DNA of 37,210 nucleotides from Escherichia coli (GTDB lineage Bacteria; Pseudomonadota; Gammaproteobacteria; Enterobacterales; Enterobacteriaceae): NCBI RefSeq assembly GCF_003334385.1, contig NZ_QOWN01000043.1; one strand, 5' to 3'. Shown piece by piece: positions 9,271 to 19,610 of this stretch (position 1 is its first letter; each line of letters starts with the position of its first letter). The notes under the pieces were generated by a model. It saw only the letters and a program-made list of their open reading frames with translations, ran no database searches and was not told where the DNA came from. The position numbers and the translations under genes were made by a program.

Positions 9271-11121
9271 ATGGAATTTGAAGAACGCTATTTCCGGGAA
9301 GAACTCGATTACCTGCGCCAGCTTAGCAAGTTGCTGGCAACGGAAAAACCCCATCTGGCCCGCTTCCTGGCCGAAAAAGATGCGGATCCGGATATTGAAC
9401 GCCTGCTGGAAGGGGTGGCTTTTCTTACCGGCAATCTCCGCCAGAAAATTGAGGATGAATTCCCAGAACTGACGCACGGGCTTATTAAGATGCTATGGCC
9501 TAATTACCTGCGTCCGGTTCCGGCAATGACCCTTATTGAATATACGCCGGATATGGATAAGTCTTCTGTACCGGTGTTAATCCCCCGTAATGAGCAGTTT
9601 ACAACCAACGCCGGGGAAATCAGAGTTGATGAAGTGCTGCCCTCTGATGCTAAAAAGGAGGAGCCGCCTCCCTGTACCTTCACCCTCTGCCGGGATATCT
9701 GGCTGCTGCCCGTTCGCCTGGAGCAGATTGAAAACCGCAGTACGACCCGTAATGGTGTTATCAACATCACCTTTTCGGTCGCACCGGGAACGGACTTCCG
9801 CACGCTGGATCTGAACAAACTTCGCTTCTGGCTCGGCAATGACGACAACTATACCCGTGACCAGCTTTATTTATGGTTCTGCGAATACTTGCAGGGTGCC
9901 GACCTGACTGTGGGTGAACAGCATCTTCGCCTGCCTGAGTTTATGCTAAAAGCTGTCGGTTTTGAGCCGCAGGATGCCATGCTGCCCTGGCCGAAAAACG
10001 TCCACAGCGGCTACCGGATCCTTCAGGAGTATTTCTGTTACCCCGATGCGTTTCTCTTTTTTGATCTTTGTGGTTGTCCGGCTTTGCCTGACGGATTGCA
10101 GGCGGAATTCTTTACCCTGCAACTGCGTTTTTCGCGCCCTTTGCCCGTGGACATCCGGCTGCGCCGCGATTCCCTGCGCCTGTATTGCGCACCTGCCATT
10201 AATTTATTTATCCACCATGCAGAAGCCATCACGCTGGACAACCGGCGGGCAGACTATCCGCTGGTTCCCAGCCGCCATTACCCACAACATTACGATGTAT
10301 TTTCCGTTAACAGTGTGGTGAGCCAGGTCCAGGATATGTTCAGGAAAAAAGATCTGGGGCGTCCTGTTTCGACGCAGGCCGCGCGCCAGTGGCCAGCCTT
10401 TGAAAGTTTCAGCCATCAGATGGAATACAGCCGGAAGCGGGAAGTGGTGTACTGGCATCACCGGACCAAAACATCCCTGTTCCATCGCGGCTTTGATCAT
10501 ACCCTTGCCTTTATACATGCTGATGGCAGTTATCCGTCAGACGAATCTCTGCTCAGTAATGAAGTGGTTTCGGTATCGCTGACCTGTACCAACCGTGAGC
10601 TTCCGTCACAAATTCGTTCCGGCGATATCACCGGCACAACCGGTAAAAATGCAGCTGTTGCTTCATTTCGCAACATTACCCGCCCGACGCAACCACTCTG
10701 GCCGGTCATTGATGGCAGCCTGCACTGGTCCCTACTCTCCGCCATGAACCTGAATTATCTGTCATTACTGGATACGGACGCGCTGAAGCAGGTCATCGCC
10801 AACTTTGATCGCCACGCAATCCATCATCCGCAGACGGCACGGCTGTCACAACAAAAGCTGGATGCCATTGAGCGTCTGGAGACCCGCCCCGTTGATCGCC
10901 TGTTTACGGGTATTCCCGTCCGGGGACTGGCCTCCACGCTGTATCTGCACCCGGAGCCGTTTGTCTGTGAAGGGGAAATGTATCTGCTCGGTACGGTGCT
11001 TTCGCATTTTCTGTCGCTGTACGCCAGCGTTAACTCATTCCACATGCTGACCGTTGTGAACACAGAAAGCCAGGAGACATGGAAATGGACGGAAAGAATC
11101 GGGCAGCATCCTCTTATCTGA
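9271..11121 (+). CDS. tssF: TssF (ImpG/VasA) baseplate component
   Basis: 616-aa ORF MEFEERYFREELDYLRQLSKLLA..; size, N-terminus and synteny fit TssF. Confidence 0.92.
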   Translation: MEFEERYFREELDYLRQLSKLLATEKPHLARFLAEKDADPDIERLLEGVAFLTGNLRQKIEDEFPELTHGLIKMLWPNYLRPVPAMTLIEYTPDMDKSSVPVLIPRNEQFTTNAGEIRVDEVLPSDAKKEEPPPCTFTLCRDIWLLPVRLEQIENRSTTRNGVINITFSVAPGTDFRTLDLNKLRFWLGNDDNYTRDQLYLWFCEYLQGADLTVGEQHLRLPEFMLKAVGFEPQDAMLPWPKNVHSGYRILQEYFCYPDAFLFFDLCGCPALPDGLQAEFFTLQLRFSRPLPVDIRLRRDSLRLYCAPAINLFIHHAEAITLDNRRADYPLVPSRHYPQHYDVFSVNSVVSQVQDMFRKKDLGRPVSTQAARQWPAFESFSHQMEYSRKREVVYWHHRTKTSLFHRGFDHTLAFIHADGSYPSDESLLSNEVVSVSLTCTNRELPSQIRSGDITGTTGKNAAVASFRNITRPTQPLWPVIDGSLHWSLLSAMNLNYLSLLDTDALKQVIANFDRHAIHHPQTARLSQQKLDAIERLETRPVDRLFTGIPVRGLASTLYLHPEPFVCEGEMYLLGTVLSHFLSLYASVNSFHMLTVVNTESQETWKWTERIGQHPLI

Positions 11122-12167
11122 GTCCGGGAAATCCCCCGGCAGATAAAGAGCAGAATGATCCGCTGGCACAGGTTTTCCATAATGCCTGCTCTTACAATTT
11201 TTTTGCGATGGCGGAGCTGTTGCACCGCCTGGCAAAGGGTGAAAAGGGGACGCCAGAATTATCCCTGCGTGACGATCCGGCACAGGAAACCCTGCGTTTC
11301 AGCGCCGATGCCAGCCTTGCCTTCCCGTGCAGTGATATCAGTGCGCTGAAACGGGATACATCAGGGGCATTCAGGATGACCACCACCTTTATGGGGTTAC
11401 AGGGGAGCCAGTCGCCTCTCCCCGGTTATTACCTCGATCACCTGGCCTGGAAAGCGGTACATGAACAAAGTCCGGTAGGTGATTTTCTGGATATGTTCAG
11501 CCACCGCCTGACCCAGTTTGTCTGGCATATCTGGCGTAAGTACCGCTATCACATCAGTTTTCGTAACGGCGGTGTGGATGCGTTCTCGCAGCGCATGTAC
11601 TCCCTTGTCGGGCTGGGCCACCGCCAGCTTCGCGATAAGCTGGCGATTAATCACAGCAAAATGCTGGCGTATTCCGGGATCCTGGCAAATCCGGGACGAT
11701 CCCCGGAAATAATCTGTGGCCTGGTGTCCCACTGCTTTGATTTGTCAGAAGTGACGCTGCAAAACTGGCAACGTCGCAAGGTGGATATTGAACCGGATCA
11801 GCAAAATAGTCTGGGGAGCTATTCTCTTAAAAATGGCGAAAAACTGGCGGGAAGATCGGTACTGGGCAACTTTGTTCTGGGTACACGAGTGCCCGATCTC
11901 AGCGGAAAATTCCAGCTCAGTATTACCAGCCTGACCCGAAAACAGTTCCTCTCTTTTCTGCCGTCCGGCGAAAACTTCCTGCCACTGACGATGTTCGTGT
12001 CCTTCATCCTGCGCGATCAGCTTGCCTGGGACTTACATCTGGGGCTGGCGCCGGAGCAGGTGGGCGCAATGCGCCTGGGTGATAACAAAAGTGCGCTGCT
12101 GGGCTGGACCAGCTTCCTCGGCACACCGGAAGAACGACCCTCAGTCACCATCAGGGTACGGTCGTAA
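11079..12167 (+). CDS. tssG: TssG (ImpH/VasB) baseplate component
   Basis: 362-aa ORF whose start overlaps the tssF 3' end by 43 nt (AGGAG upstream); synteny and size fit TssG. Start codon choice is uncertain. Confidence 0.85.
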   Translation: MEMDGKNRAASSYLSPGNPPADKEQNDPLAQVFHNACSYNFFAMAELLHRLAKGEKGTPELSLRDDPAQETLRFSADASLAFPCSDISALKRDTSGAFRMTTTFMGLQGSQSPLPGYYLDHLAWKAVHEQSPVGDFLDMFSHRLTQFVWHIWRKYRYHISFRNGGVDAFSQRMYSLVGLGHRQLRDKLAINHSKMLAYSGILANPGRSPEIICGLVSHCFDLSEVTLQNWQRRKVDIEPDQQNSLGSYSLKNGEKLAGRSVLGNFVLGTRVPDLSGKFQLSITSLTRKQFLSFLPSGENFLPLTMFVSFILRDQLAWDLHLGLAPEQVGAMRLGDNKSALLGWTSFLGTPEERPSVTIRVRS

Positions 12168-12191
12168 ATTATGATAATCACGGAGCAGAAT

Positions 12192-13472
12192 ATGCCGGAA
12201 GAGAAACTACAGACGCTTTCATTGCAGGTCATTAACGGCAGTGAGCTGGAAAGCGGGCGGGCGGCGCGCTGTCTATTCACACAGCAGGGAAATGTCGGCC
12301 ATGGCCCCGAATGCCACTGGTCGGTACAGGATCGTCAGCAGAGCATTCCGGCCCAGGCTTTTACCGTTATCCTGCACGATGGCACATTTTGTCTGCGCCC
12401 GCAGACGGCACAACTGTGGCTGAATCAGGCAAAAGTCACAGCAACATCAGACCTAATACAGTTGCGCCAGGGCGATGAGATCCAGATCGGACGGCTGATG
12501 GTGAGGGTTCATCTGAACCGGGGAGATATTCCCCATTACGATGAGGAAATGGCCACTCCCGAAACCATCGTTACCAATCGCGATATGCTCACGGATACCC
12601 TGCTATCAACGGAGGGTGCGCCACACTATCCGGGAATGACTCACCGGCACCAGCTTGCAGACACCGTGGTAAACGGTTTTTCTGCCGATCCACTCCAGGC
12701 ACTTCAGTCCGAAAGCCTGATTACCACGGGCGATCCGCTTTCAGGCATTGCGGCTGTCCGGCCATCGGCACCGCTGTCCGATCCGGCAAGTAATGGGGGG
12801 ATCAATACTCCGTTTATGGATCTGACGCCCATTTATGCCAGCCCCGGCGATCGTAATGACGACGTCTCTGCGGCAGAAATGGCGCAACGCCACCTTGCGG
12901 TCACCCCCTTACTGCGCGGTCTTGGCGGCTCGCTTACCATGAGCAATTCCGACGATGCGGATGATTTTCTGGAGGAGGCCGGACGAACGTTACAGGCCGC
13001 AATAAAAGGTCTGCTCGATTTGCAGCAGCAGCGTAACAGCCTCTCAGACAAACATTTGCGCCCGCTGGAAGATAACCCGCTGCGCCTGAACATGGATTAC
13101 GCCACCGCGCTCGACGTAATGTTTGCCGAAGGTAAAAGCCCGGTACATCTGGCGGCTCCCGCCGCCGTCAGTGAAAGCCTGCGCAATGTCCGCCACCACG
13201 AAGAAGCTAACCGGGCAGCGATTGTGGAGTCGCTTCGTGTCCTGCTGGATGCTTTCTCACCACAAAATCTGCTGCGCCGCTTTGTGCAGTACCGCCGCAG
13301 CCATGAACTGCGCCAGCCGCTGGATGATGCCGGAGCATGGCAAATGTACAGCCATTATTACGAAGAACTGGCCTCCGATCGCCAGCAGGGGTTTGAGATG
13401 CTGTTTAACGAGGTCTACGCCCAGGTCTATGACCGGGTGCTTCGTGAAAAACAGCGGGAGCCGGAAGCATGA
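12192..13472 (+). CDS. tagH: FHA-domain protein (TagH/Fha-like)
   Basis: N-terminal FHA-like region (..AFTVILHDGTFCLRPQTAQLWLNQAKV..GDEIQIGRLMVRVHL) and position between tssG and tssJ. Start taken at the second ATG, which has the better ribosome-binding site (ggag); the ORF also opens at 12171. Confidence 0.75.
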   Translation: MPEEKLQTLSLQVINGSELESGRAARCLFTQQGNVGHGPECHWSVQDRQQSIPAQAFTVILHDGTFCLRPQTAQLWLNQAKVTATSDLIQLRQGDEIQIGRLMVRVHLNRGDIPHYDEEMATPETIVTNRDMLTDTLLSTEGAPHYPGMTHRHQLADTVVNGFSADPLQALQSESLITTGDPLSGIAAVRPSAPLSDPASNGGINTPFMDLTPIYASPGDRNDDVSAAEMAQRHLAVTPLLRGLGGSLTMSNSDDADDFLEEAGRTLQAAIKGLLDLQQQRNSLSDKHLRPLEDNPLRLNMDYATALDVMFAEGKSPVHLAAPAAVSESLRNVRHHEEANRAAIVESLRVLLDAFSPQNLLRRFVQYRRSHELRQPLDDAGAWQMYSHYYEELASDRQQGFEMLFNEVYAQVYDRVLREKQREPEA

Positions 13473-13993
13473 ACAGGAAGGCGTTTCTGGCCTGCGTGCT
13501 GATGTGCGTCATATTAACCGGCTGCGAAACGGCGAAAAAAATCAGCGAGGTGATCAAAAACCCGGATATCCAGGTCGGGAGCCTGAAGGAGCAACCTTCG
13601 GAAATAACCGTCACCCTGCTGACTGAACCGGACACCAATACCAATGCGGAGGGTGAATCAGCCGCCGTGGATGTGCAACTGGTGTACCTGACTGACGACT
13701 CAAAATTGCTGGCAGCCGACTATGACCAGATAGCCAGTACGCCGCTACCGGATGTGTTGGGTAAAAACTATATCGACCACCAGGATTTCAACCTGTTGCC
13801 GGACACCATCAAAACCCTGCCGCCGGTAAAGCTGGATGAGAAAACGCAGTTTATTGGTGTCGTGGCCTATTTCTCCGATGACCAGGCCACTGAATGGAAA
13901 CAAATCGAGACGGTGGAAGGAACCGGCCACCATTACCGCCTGCTGGTGCATGTACGTCAAAGCAGCATCGAAATGAAAAAAGAGGATGAATAA
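13469..13993 (+). CDS. tssJ: TssJ outer-membrane lipoprotein
   Basis: 174-aa ORF with signal peptide and lipobox (..VILTGCET..); position before tssK. Confidence 0.85.
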   Translation: MNRKAFLACVLMCVILTGCETAKKISEVIKNPDIQVGSLKEQPSEITVTLLTEPDTNTNAEGESAAVDVQLVYLTDDSKLLAADYDQIASTPLPDVLGKNYIDHQDFNLLPDTIKTLPPVKLDEKTQFIGVVAYFSDDQATEWKQIETVEGTGHHYRLLVHVRQSSIEMKKEDE

Positions 13994-13995
13994 TT

Positions 13996-15326
13996 ATGGC
14001 AACCACCCGCAACAAGGTGATGTGGCAGGAAGGGATGCTGATGCGCCCACACCATTTCCAGCAACAGCAGCGTTACAACGACTACCTGGATAACCAGCGT
14101 TTCCGGGCCATGAATGATTTATCCTGGGGATTTACCGAACTCACCCTCAACAATGAACTGCTGGCGCAGGGTAAGATCATGATTGACAGCGCGTCAGGCA
14201 CACTGCCCGACGGCACCGTCTTTTCTATCCCCGACCAGGCGCACTGCCCGATCCGCTGCACCCGCAAAATTTTCCGGACGAAAGAAGCCGCAATATCTAC
14301 CTCGCTCTGCCGGTCGCCAGTGATGTGAGAAATGAAATCAGCGACGGACGGCGAATCGGGCGTTACCGGCTGAATTATGCCGATGTCCGGGATTTGCATT
14401 CAGAAGAAGGTGACGCGCGAACATTGACGCTGGGTCAACTGACGCCGCGCATTATGAGCGGTGCAGAAGATATGAGCGCCTATATTACGCTCCCGCTTTG
14501 CCGTATCAGCAATCGCCATGCCGATGGCTCCCTGACGTTGGATGACGATTTTATCCCCTCCTGCCAGAATATTCAGGTCAGTAAGAAACTGCGTGTTTAT
14601 CTCAAAGAGGTACAGGGGGCCATTGGCGGACGGGCAAGCGATCTGGCAAACCGTATTGGCTCTCCGGCGCAGAGCGGCATCGCGGATGTGGCGGAATTTA
14701 TGATGTTGCAGTTACTTAACCGTAACCAGACCCGGTTTACCCATCGCGCCCGCCGATCCCAGCTCCACCCGGAAGATTTCTACCTTGATCTTGCTGGGTT
14801 GCTGGGTGAACTGATGACCTTTACCGAGCCGTCGCGCCTGCCCTGCCCGCTTGATGTGTATGATCATCATGATCTGACCAAAACATTTAAAACACTGTTA
14901 CCGGAAGTCAAACGGGCGCTGCATACCGTACTGTCGCCAAGAGCGGTCAATCTGCCGCTGCATCTGCGTGACGGTATCTGGCAGGCCGATATCCATGACA
15001 CAGAACTGCTGCAATCTGCCACCTTTGTGCTGGCCGTGGCGGCAAACGTGCCGGTCGATCAGATCCAGCGTCAGTTTATCCAGCAGTCGAAAATTTCCTC
15101 GCCGGAAAAAATCCGCAATATGGTCAGTGTGCAGATCCCCGGTATTCCATTGCGTGCCCTTATGGTGGCTCCCCGCCAGCTTCCTTACCATTCCGGGTTC
15201 AGCTATTTCGAACTCGACAAGAGTGGCCAGGCCTGGACAGAAATGGCTGCCGCCGGGGCCGTTGCACTGCATGTTTCCGGCAGTTTCCCGGATCTGAACA
15301 TGCAACTGTGGGCGATAAGAGGGTAA
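13996..15326 (+). pseudogene. tssK: tssK (baseplate) interrupted by a single-nucleotide frameshift near 14239-14241
   Basis: The first ORF (13996-14328) gives the conserved TssK N-terminus MATTRNKVMWQEGMLMRPHHFQQQ..GTLPDGTVFSIPDQ, then runs into unrelated sequence and a stop. The adjacent frame is open from about 14217 and reads ALPDPLHPQNFPDERSRNIYLALPVASDV.. continuing into the 333-aa ORF, which the track starts at a GTG. The two pieces together make a normal TssK of about 445 aa. Confidence 0.7.
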
Positions 15327-15330
15327 GACG

Positions 15331-16092
15331 ATGGATGAGGGGTCACTGTCTCTGCCACCATTTACCGGACACGACGAAAAAAGCCAGCGCAACTACCATC
15401 TCGCGCTTCGTGGCAACAGCCTGAATCCGATGATCGACGCGGCCACGCCGCTACTCGGTATGGTAATGCGCCTTTCAACCATGAACAGCCAGACGATGCC
15501 GGAGCATCTTTTTGCTCAGGTGGTGACAGATGTTCAGGCCGTGGAGCAACTGCTTCAGGAGCAGGGCTACGAACCGGGCGTGATTATCTCGTTTCGCTAC
15601 ATCCTCTGCACGTTTATTGATGAAGCGGCGCTCGGTAACGGCTGGTCAAACAAGAACGAGTGGATCAAGCAGTCATTGCTGGTCCATTTCCACAACGAAG
15701 CCTGGGGTGGCGAGAAAGTTTTCATCCTGCTGGAGCGCCTGATCCGTGAACCCAAACGTTACCAGGATCTGCTGGAATTTCTCTGGATCTGTTTTTCTCT
15801 GGGATTTCGCGGGCGCTACAAAGTGGCAGCACAGGATCAGGGGGAATTTGAGCAGATCTACCGCCGTCTGTACCACGTTCTGCATAAACTGCGCGGCGAT
15901 GCCCCTTTCCCGCTGTTACACCAGGACAAAAAAACCCAGGGCGGGCGTTATCAGCTCATCAGTCGCCTGACTGTTAAACATATTTTTTGTGGTGGCGTTG
16001 TCGTGCTGGCGTTGTTTTACCTGTTCTATCTGTTGCGGCTGGACAGCCAGACGCAGGACATCCTGCACCAGCTAAACAAATTACTTCGATAA
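15331..16092 (+). CDS. tssL: TssL (DotU/ImpK family) membrane-complex protein
   Basis: 253-aa ORF with a C-terminal hydrophobic anchor (..HIFCGGVVVLALFYLFYLL..); synteny after tssK. Confidence 0.88.
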   Translation: MDEGSLSLPPFTGHDEKSQRNYHLALRGNSLNPMIDAATPLLGMVMRLSTMNSQTMPEHLFAQVVTDVQAVEQLLQEQGYEPGVIISFRYILCTFIDEAALGNGWSNKNEWIKQSLLVHFHNEAWGGEKVFILLERLIREPKRYQDLLEFLWICFSLGFRGRYKVAAQDQGEFEQIYRRLYHVLHKLRGDAPFPLLHQDKKTQGGRYQLISRLTVKHIFCGGVVVLALFYLFYLLRLDSQTQDILHQLNKLLR

Positions 16093-16100
16093 GGACGTTT

Positions 16101-18866
16101 ATGATCCAGATTGATCTTCCCCCGCTGGTAAAACGGCTGAACCTGTTCTCCCGCCAGGCGCTGGAGATGGCCGCCTCTGAATGTATGAGTCAGCAGGCAG
16201 CGGAAATTACCGTCAGCCATGTGCTCATTCAGATGCTCGCCATGCCACGCAGTGACCTGCGGGTTATTACCCGCCAGGGCGATATTGGCATGGAAGAGTT
16301 GCGCCAGGCGCTGACGGTAGAGAACTACACAACCGCCCGTTCTGCGGACAGCTACCCGGCGTTTTCCCCGATGCTGGTTGAGTGGCTTAAAGAGGGCTGG
16401 CTGCTGGCGTCGGCTGAGATGCAGCACAGCGAACTGCGCGGCGGCGTGTTGCTGCTGGCCCTGCTGCATTCGCCGCTGCGTTATATACCGCCTGCTGCCG
16501 CCCGGCTGTTGACCGGCATTAACCGTGACCGTCTGCAACAGGACTTTGTGCAGTGGACACAGGAGTCGGCGGAATCAGTCGTGCCGGATGCAGACGGTAA
16601 AGGCGCAGGCACAATGACGGACGCCTCTGACACCCTGCTTGCCCGCTATGCCAAAAACATGACCGCAGACGCCCGTAACGGCAGGCTTGACCCGGTACTG
16701 TGCCGCGACCACGAAATCGACCTGATGATCGACATTCTCTGCCGCCGCCGTAAAAACAACCCGGTGGTGGTGGGCGAAGCGGGCGTGGGCAAAAGCGCAC
16801 TGATTGAAGGGCTGGCGCTGCGCATCGTGGCAGGCCAGGTGCCGGACAAGCTGAAAAACACCGATATCATGACCCTTGACTTGGGCGCATTGCAGGCCGG
16901 GGCGTCGGTGAAGGGTGAATTCGAAAAACGTTTCAAAGGGCTGATGGCGGAGGTCATTTCCTCCCCGGTGCCGGTCATTCTGTTTATCGACGAAGCACAT
17001 ACCCTGATTGGCGCGGGCAACCAGCAGGGCGGGCTGGATATCTCCAACCTGCTCAAACCGGCGCTGGCGCGCGGCGAGCTGAAAACCATCGCCGCCACCA
17101 CCTGGAGCGAGTACAAAAAATACTTCGAAAAAGATGCCGCCCTGTCGCGCCGCTTCCAGTTGGTGAAGGTCAGCGAACCCAACGCTGCCGAAGCCACCAT
17201 TATTCTGCGCGGTCTGTCGGCGGTCTATGAACAGTCTCACGGCGTGCTGATTGATGATGATGCCTTGCAGGCCGCTGCGACATTAAGCGAGCGTTATCTC
17301 TCCGGGCGTCAGTTACCGGACAAAGCGATTGATGTGCTGGATACCGCCTGCGCCCGTGTGGCCATCAACCTGTCGTCGCCGCCGAAGCAAATCTCGGCGC
17401 TGACCACTCTGAGCCACCAGCAGGAGGCGGAAATTCGCCAGCTTGAGCGCGAGCTTCGCATCGGACTGCGTACCGACACATCACGGATGACAGAGGTGCT
17501 GGTGCAGTATGATGAAACGCTGACGGCGCTGGATGAACTGGAAGCGGCCTGGCACCAGCAGCAGACGCTGGTCCGGGAGATTATCGCGCTGCGCCAGCAG
17601 TTACTGGGCGTGGCAGAGGACGATGCGGCGCCGTTGCCGGACGCAGATACCGTGGAGGATACGCAGCCAGAGTCAGAGTCAGAACAGGATAATACCGGTG
17701 CCGTACCGGCTGATGAGGCCGACAGAGAACAACCGGAAGAGACCGCTGAAACAGTTTCCCCGGTACAGCGGCTGGCCCAGCTCACTGCCGAACTGGACGC
17801 CCTGCATAACGACCGGTTGCTGGTCTCCCCGCACGTCGATAAAAAACAGATTGCGGCGGTGATTGCCGAATGGACCGGCGTGCCGCTCAACCGCCTGTCG
17901 CAGAATGAAATGTCGGTCATCACCGACCTGACGAAATGGCTGGGTGACACCATCAAAGGCCAGGACCTGGCGATTGCCAGCCTGCATAAGCATCTACTGA
18001 CCGCACGCGCCGACCTGCGTCGTCCGGGACGCCCGCTCGGTGCGTTCCTGCTGGCTGGCCCCAGCGGTGTGGGTAAAACCGAAACCGTCCTGCAACTGGC
18101 AGAGCTGCTCTACGGCGGTCGCCAGTACCTGACCACCATCAATATGTCCGAATTCCAGGAGAAACACACCGTCTCGCGGCTGATTGGTTCGCCTCCGGGC
18201 TACGTTGGCTACGGTGAAGGCGGCGTACTGACCGAAGCGATTCGTCAGAAACCCTACTCGGTAGTACTGCTCGATGAAGTGGAAAAAGCGCACCCGGATG
18301 TGCTCAACCTGTTCTACCAGGCGTTCGATAAGGGCGAAATGGCAGACGGTGAAGGCCGCCTGATTGACTGCAAAAATATCGTCTTCTTCCTGACGTCCAA
18401 CCTCGGCTACCAGGTAATAGTCGAGCATGCCGATGACCCGGAAACCATGCAGGAAGTACTGTATCCGGTGCTGGCCGACTTCTTCAAACCTGCCCTGCTG
18501 GCGCGTATGGAAGTGGTGCCGTATCTGCCGCTGTCGAAAGAGACGCTCGCCACCATTATCGCCGGAAAACTGGCCCGTCTGGATAACGTGCTGCGCAGTC
18601 GCTTTGGTGCAGAAGTGGTCATTGAACCGGAAGTGACGGACGAAATCATGAGCCGCGTCACCCGCGCGGAAAACGGCGCGAGGATGCTGGAATCGGTCAT
18701 CGATGGCGACATGCTACCGCCGCTCTCGCTGCTGCTGTTGCAGAAAATGGCGGCTAACACGGCGATTGCCCGGATTCGGTTGTCGGCAGTGGACGGCGCA
18801 TTTACGGCAGACGTGGAAGATGCTCAGAACGACGAGTCCGTCACAAAGGATGAAACGGTTTTATGA
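16101..18866 (+). CDS. clpV: ClpV (TssH) AAA+ ATPase
   Basis: Two Walker A motifs (GEAGVGKS, GPSGVGKT) and Clp/Hsp100 architecture. Start set at the ATG at 16101 (MIQIDLPPLVKRLN.., AAGGA upstream) rather than the longer track ORF from 15987, which overlaps tssL. Confidence 0.95.
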   Translation: MIQIDLPPLVKRLNLFSRQALEMAASECMSQQAAEITVSHVLIQMLAMPRSDLRVITRQGDIGMEELRQALTVENYTTARSADSYPAFSPMLVEWLKEGWLLASAEMQHSELRGGVLLLALLHSPLRYIPPAAARLLTGINRDRLQQDFVQWTQESAESVVPDADGKGAGTMTDASDTLLARYAKNMTADARNGRLDPVLCRDHEIDLMIDILCRRRKNNPVVVGEAGVGKSALIEGLALRIVAGQVPDKLKNTDIMTLDLGALQAGASVKGEFEKRFKGLMAEVISSPVPVILFIDEAHTLIGAGNQQGGLDISNLLKPALARGELKTIAATTWSEYKKYFEKDAALSRRFQLVKVSEPNAAEATIILRGLSAVYEQSHGVLIDDDALQAAATLSERYLSGRQLPDKAIDVLDTACARVAINLSSPPKQISALTTLSHQQEAEIRQLERELRIGLRTDTSRMTEVLVQYDETLTALDELEAAWHQQQTLVREIIALRQQLLGVAEDDAAPLPDADTVEDTQPESESEQDNTGAVPADEADREQPEETAETVSPVQRLAQLTAELDALHNDRLLVSPHVDKKQIAAVIAEWTGVPLNRLSQNEMSVITDLTKWLGDTIKGQDLAIASLHKHLLTARADLRRPGRPLGAFLLAGPSGVGKTETVLQLAELLYGGRQYLTTINMSEFQEKHTVSRLIGSPPGYVGYGEGGVLTEAIRQKPYSVVLLDEVEKAHPDVLNLFYQAFDKGEMADGEGRLIDCKNIVFFLTSNLGYQVIVEHADDPETMQEVLYPVLADFFKPALLARMEVVPYLPLSKETLATIIAGKLARLDNVLRSRFGAEVVIEPEVTDEIMSRVTRAENGARMLESVIDGDMLPPLSLLLLQKMAANTAIARIRLSAVDGAFTADVEDAQNDESVTKDETVL

Positions 18867-19606
18867 GCAGGTTGCGCGTTTTCCGGCAGACAGGATGGTT
18901 TATCGCGGGCCTGATGACGGGCTTACCCGCCACTGCCGCGCCCGCAGAAGCATCGTCAATGGCCGGTGTGGCGGTCGCCGTCGCCACCACGACCCCGCCG
19001 GATGCGACAGCCACGTTACAGGCCATACAGTCCTGTCGGCGGGAGTCCGCGGCGCTGGAGCGGCTTGACTGCTATGACCGCCTGCTGGCACCGCTGTCCC
19101 CGTCAGGGTTTGACGGGGCGCTGGTCAAAGCCGGTTTTGTGGGCGAGGCCTGGACCCGCGCCACAGAGCAGGAAAAACGCCGCGAGGGCAACACCACAGA
19201 ACTGCTGGTGACGCAGGTGCCGGGGGAGCGCCCGACGGTGGTGATAACCACCCCGGCTATCGGTCATGTTCCGCCACGCCCGGTGCTGATGTTCAGTTGC
19301 GTGGACAATATCACCCGGATGCAGGTGGCGCTGATGCACCCTCTGGATGTCCATGATATCGCCGTCACTCTGAATGCCGACAACCGGGCATTGCGCAGCC
19401 ACTGGTTTGTGCGCGAGAACGGCACCCTGCTGGAGTCCAGCCGGGGGTTATCCGGGATTGATGAAATTAAGCAACTGTTCGGCGCAAAAACGCTGACGGT
19501 GGATACCGGCGCAGACAATGCCGCCGGAAAGCTGACCTTTAACATTGACGGGCTGGCAAGGGCGATTGCTCCCCTGCGCGATGCCTGCCACTGGGCGGGA
19601 GAATAA
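18863..19606 (+). CDS. T6SS-associated exported protein (VasI-like by position)
   Basis: 247-aa ORF with an N-terminal signal-peptide-like segment, between clpV and tssA in the position VasI occupies in V. cholerae-type clusters. Assignment rests on synteny. Confidence 0.6.
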   Translation: MSRLRVFRQTGWFIAGLMTGLPATAAPAEASSMAGVAVAVATTTPPDATATLQAIQSCRRESAALERLDCYDRLLAPLSPSGFDGALVKAGFVGEAWTRATEQEKRREGNTTELLVTQVPGERPTVVITTPAIGHVPPRPVLMFSCVDNITRMQVALMHPLDVHDIAVTLNADNRALRSHWFVRENGTLLESSRGLSGIDEIKQLFGAKTLTVDTGADNAAGKLTFNIDGLARAIAPLRDACHWAGE

Positions 19607-19610
19607 AAAT

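Noticed and set aside
14325..15326. Stand-alone 333-aa gene starting at GTG 14325
   Set aside because: Its frame is open upstream of 14325 and there encodes conserved TssK sequence, so it is the downstream part of a frameshifted tssK, not an independent gene.
15987..16100. Longer 959-aa clpV ORF starting at 15987
   Set aside because: The extension overlaps the tssL 3' end and encodes non-conserved sequence. The ATG at 16101 has a ribosome-binding site and begins the conserved ClpV N-domain.
16575..17956. Minus-strand ORFs (16575-17240, 16646-17200, 17309-17956) of 184-221 aa inside clpV
   Set aside because: Antisense to the strongly supported clpV; translations are low-complexity (Ser/Ala/Arg-rich), typical of shadow frames.
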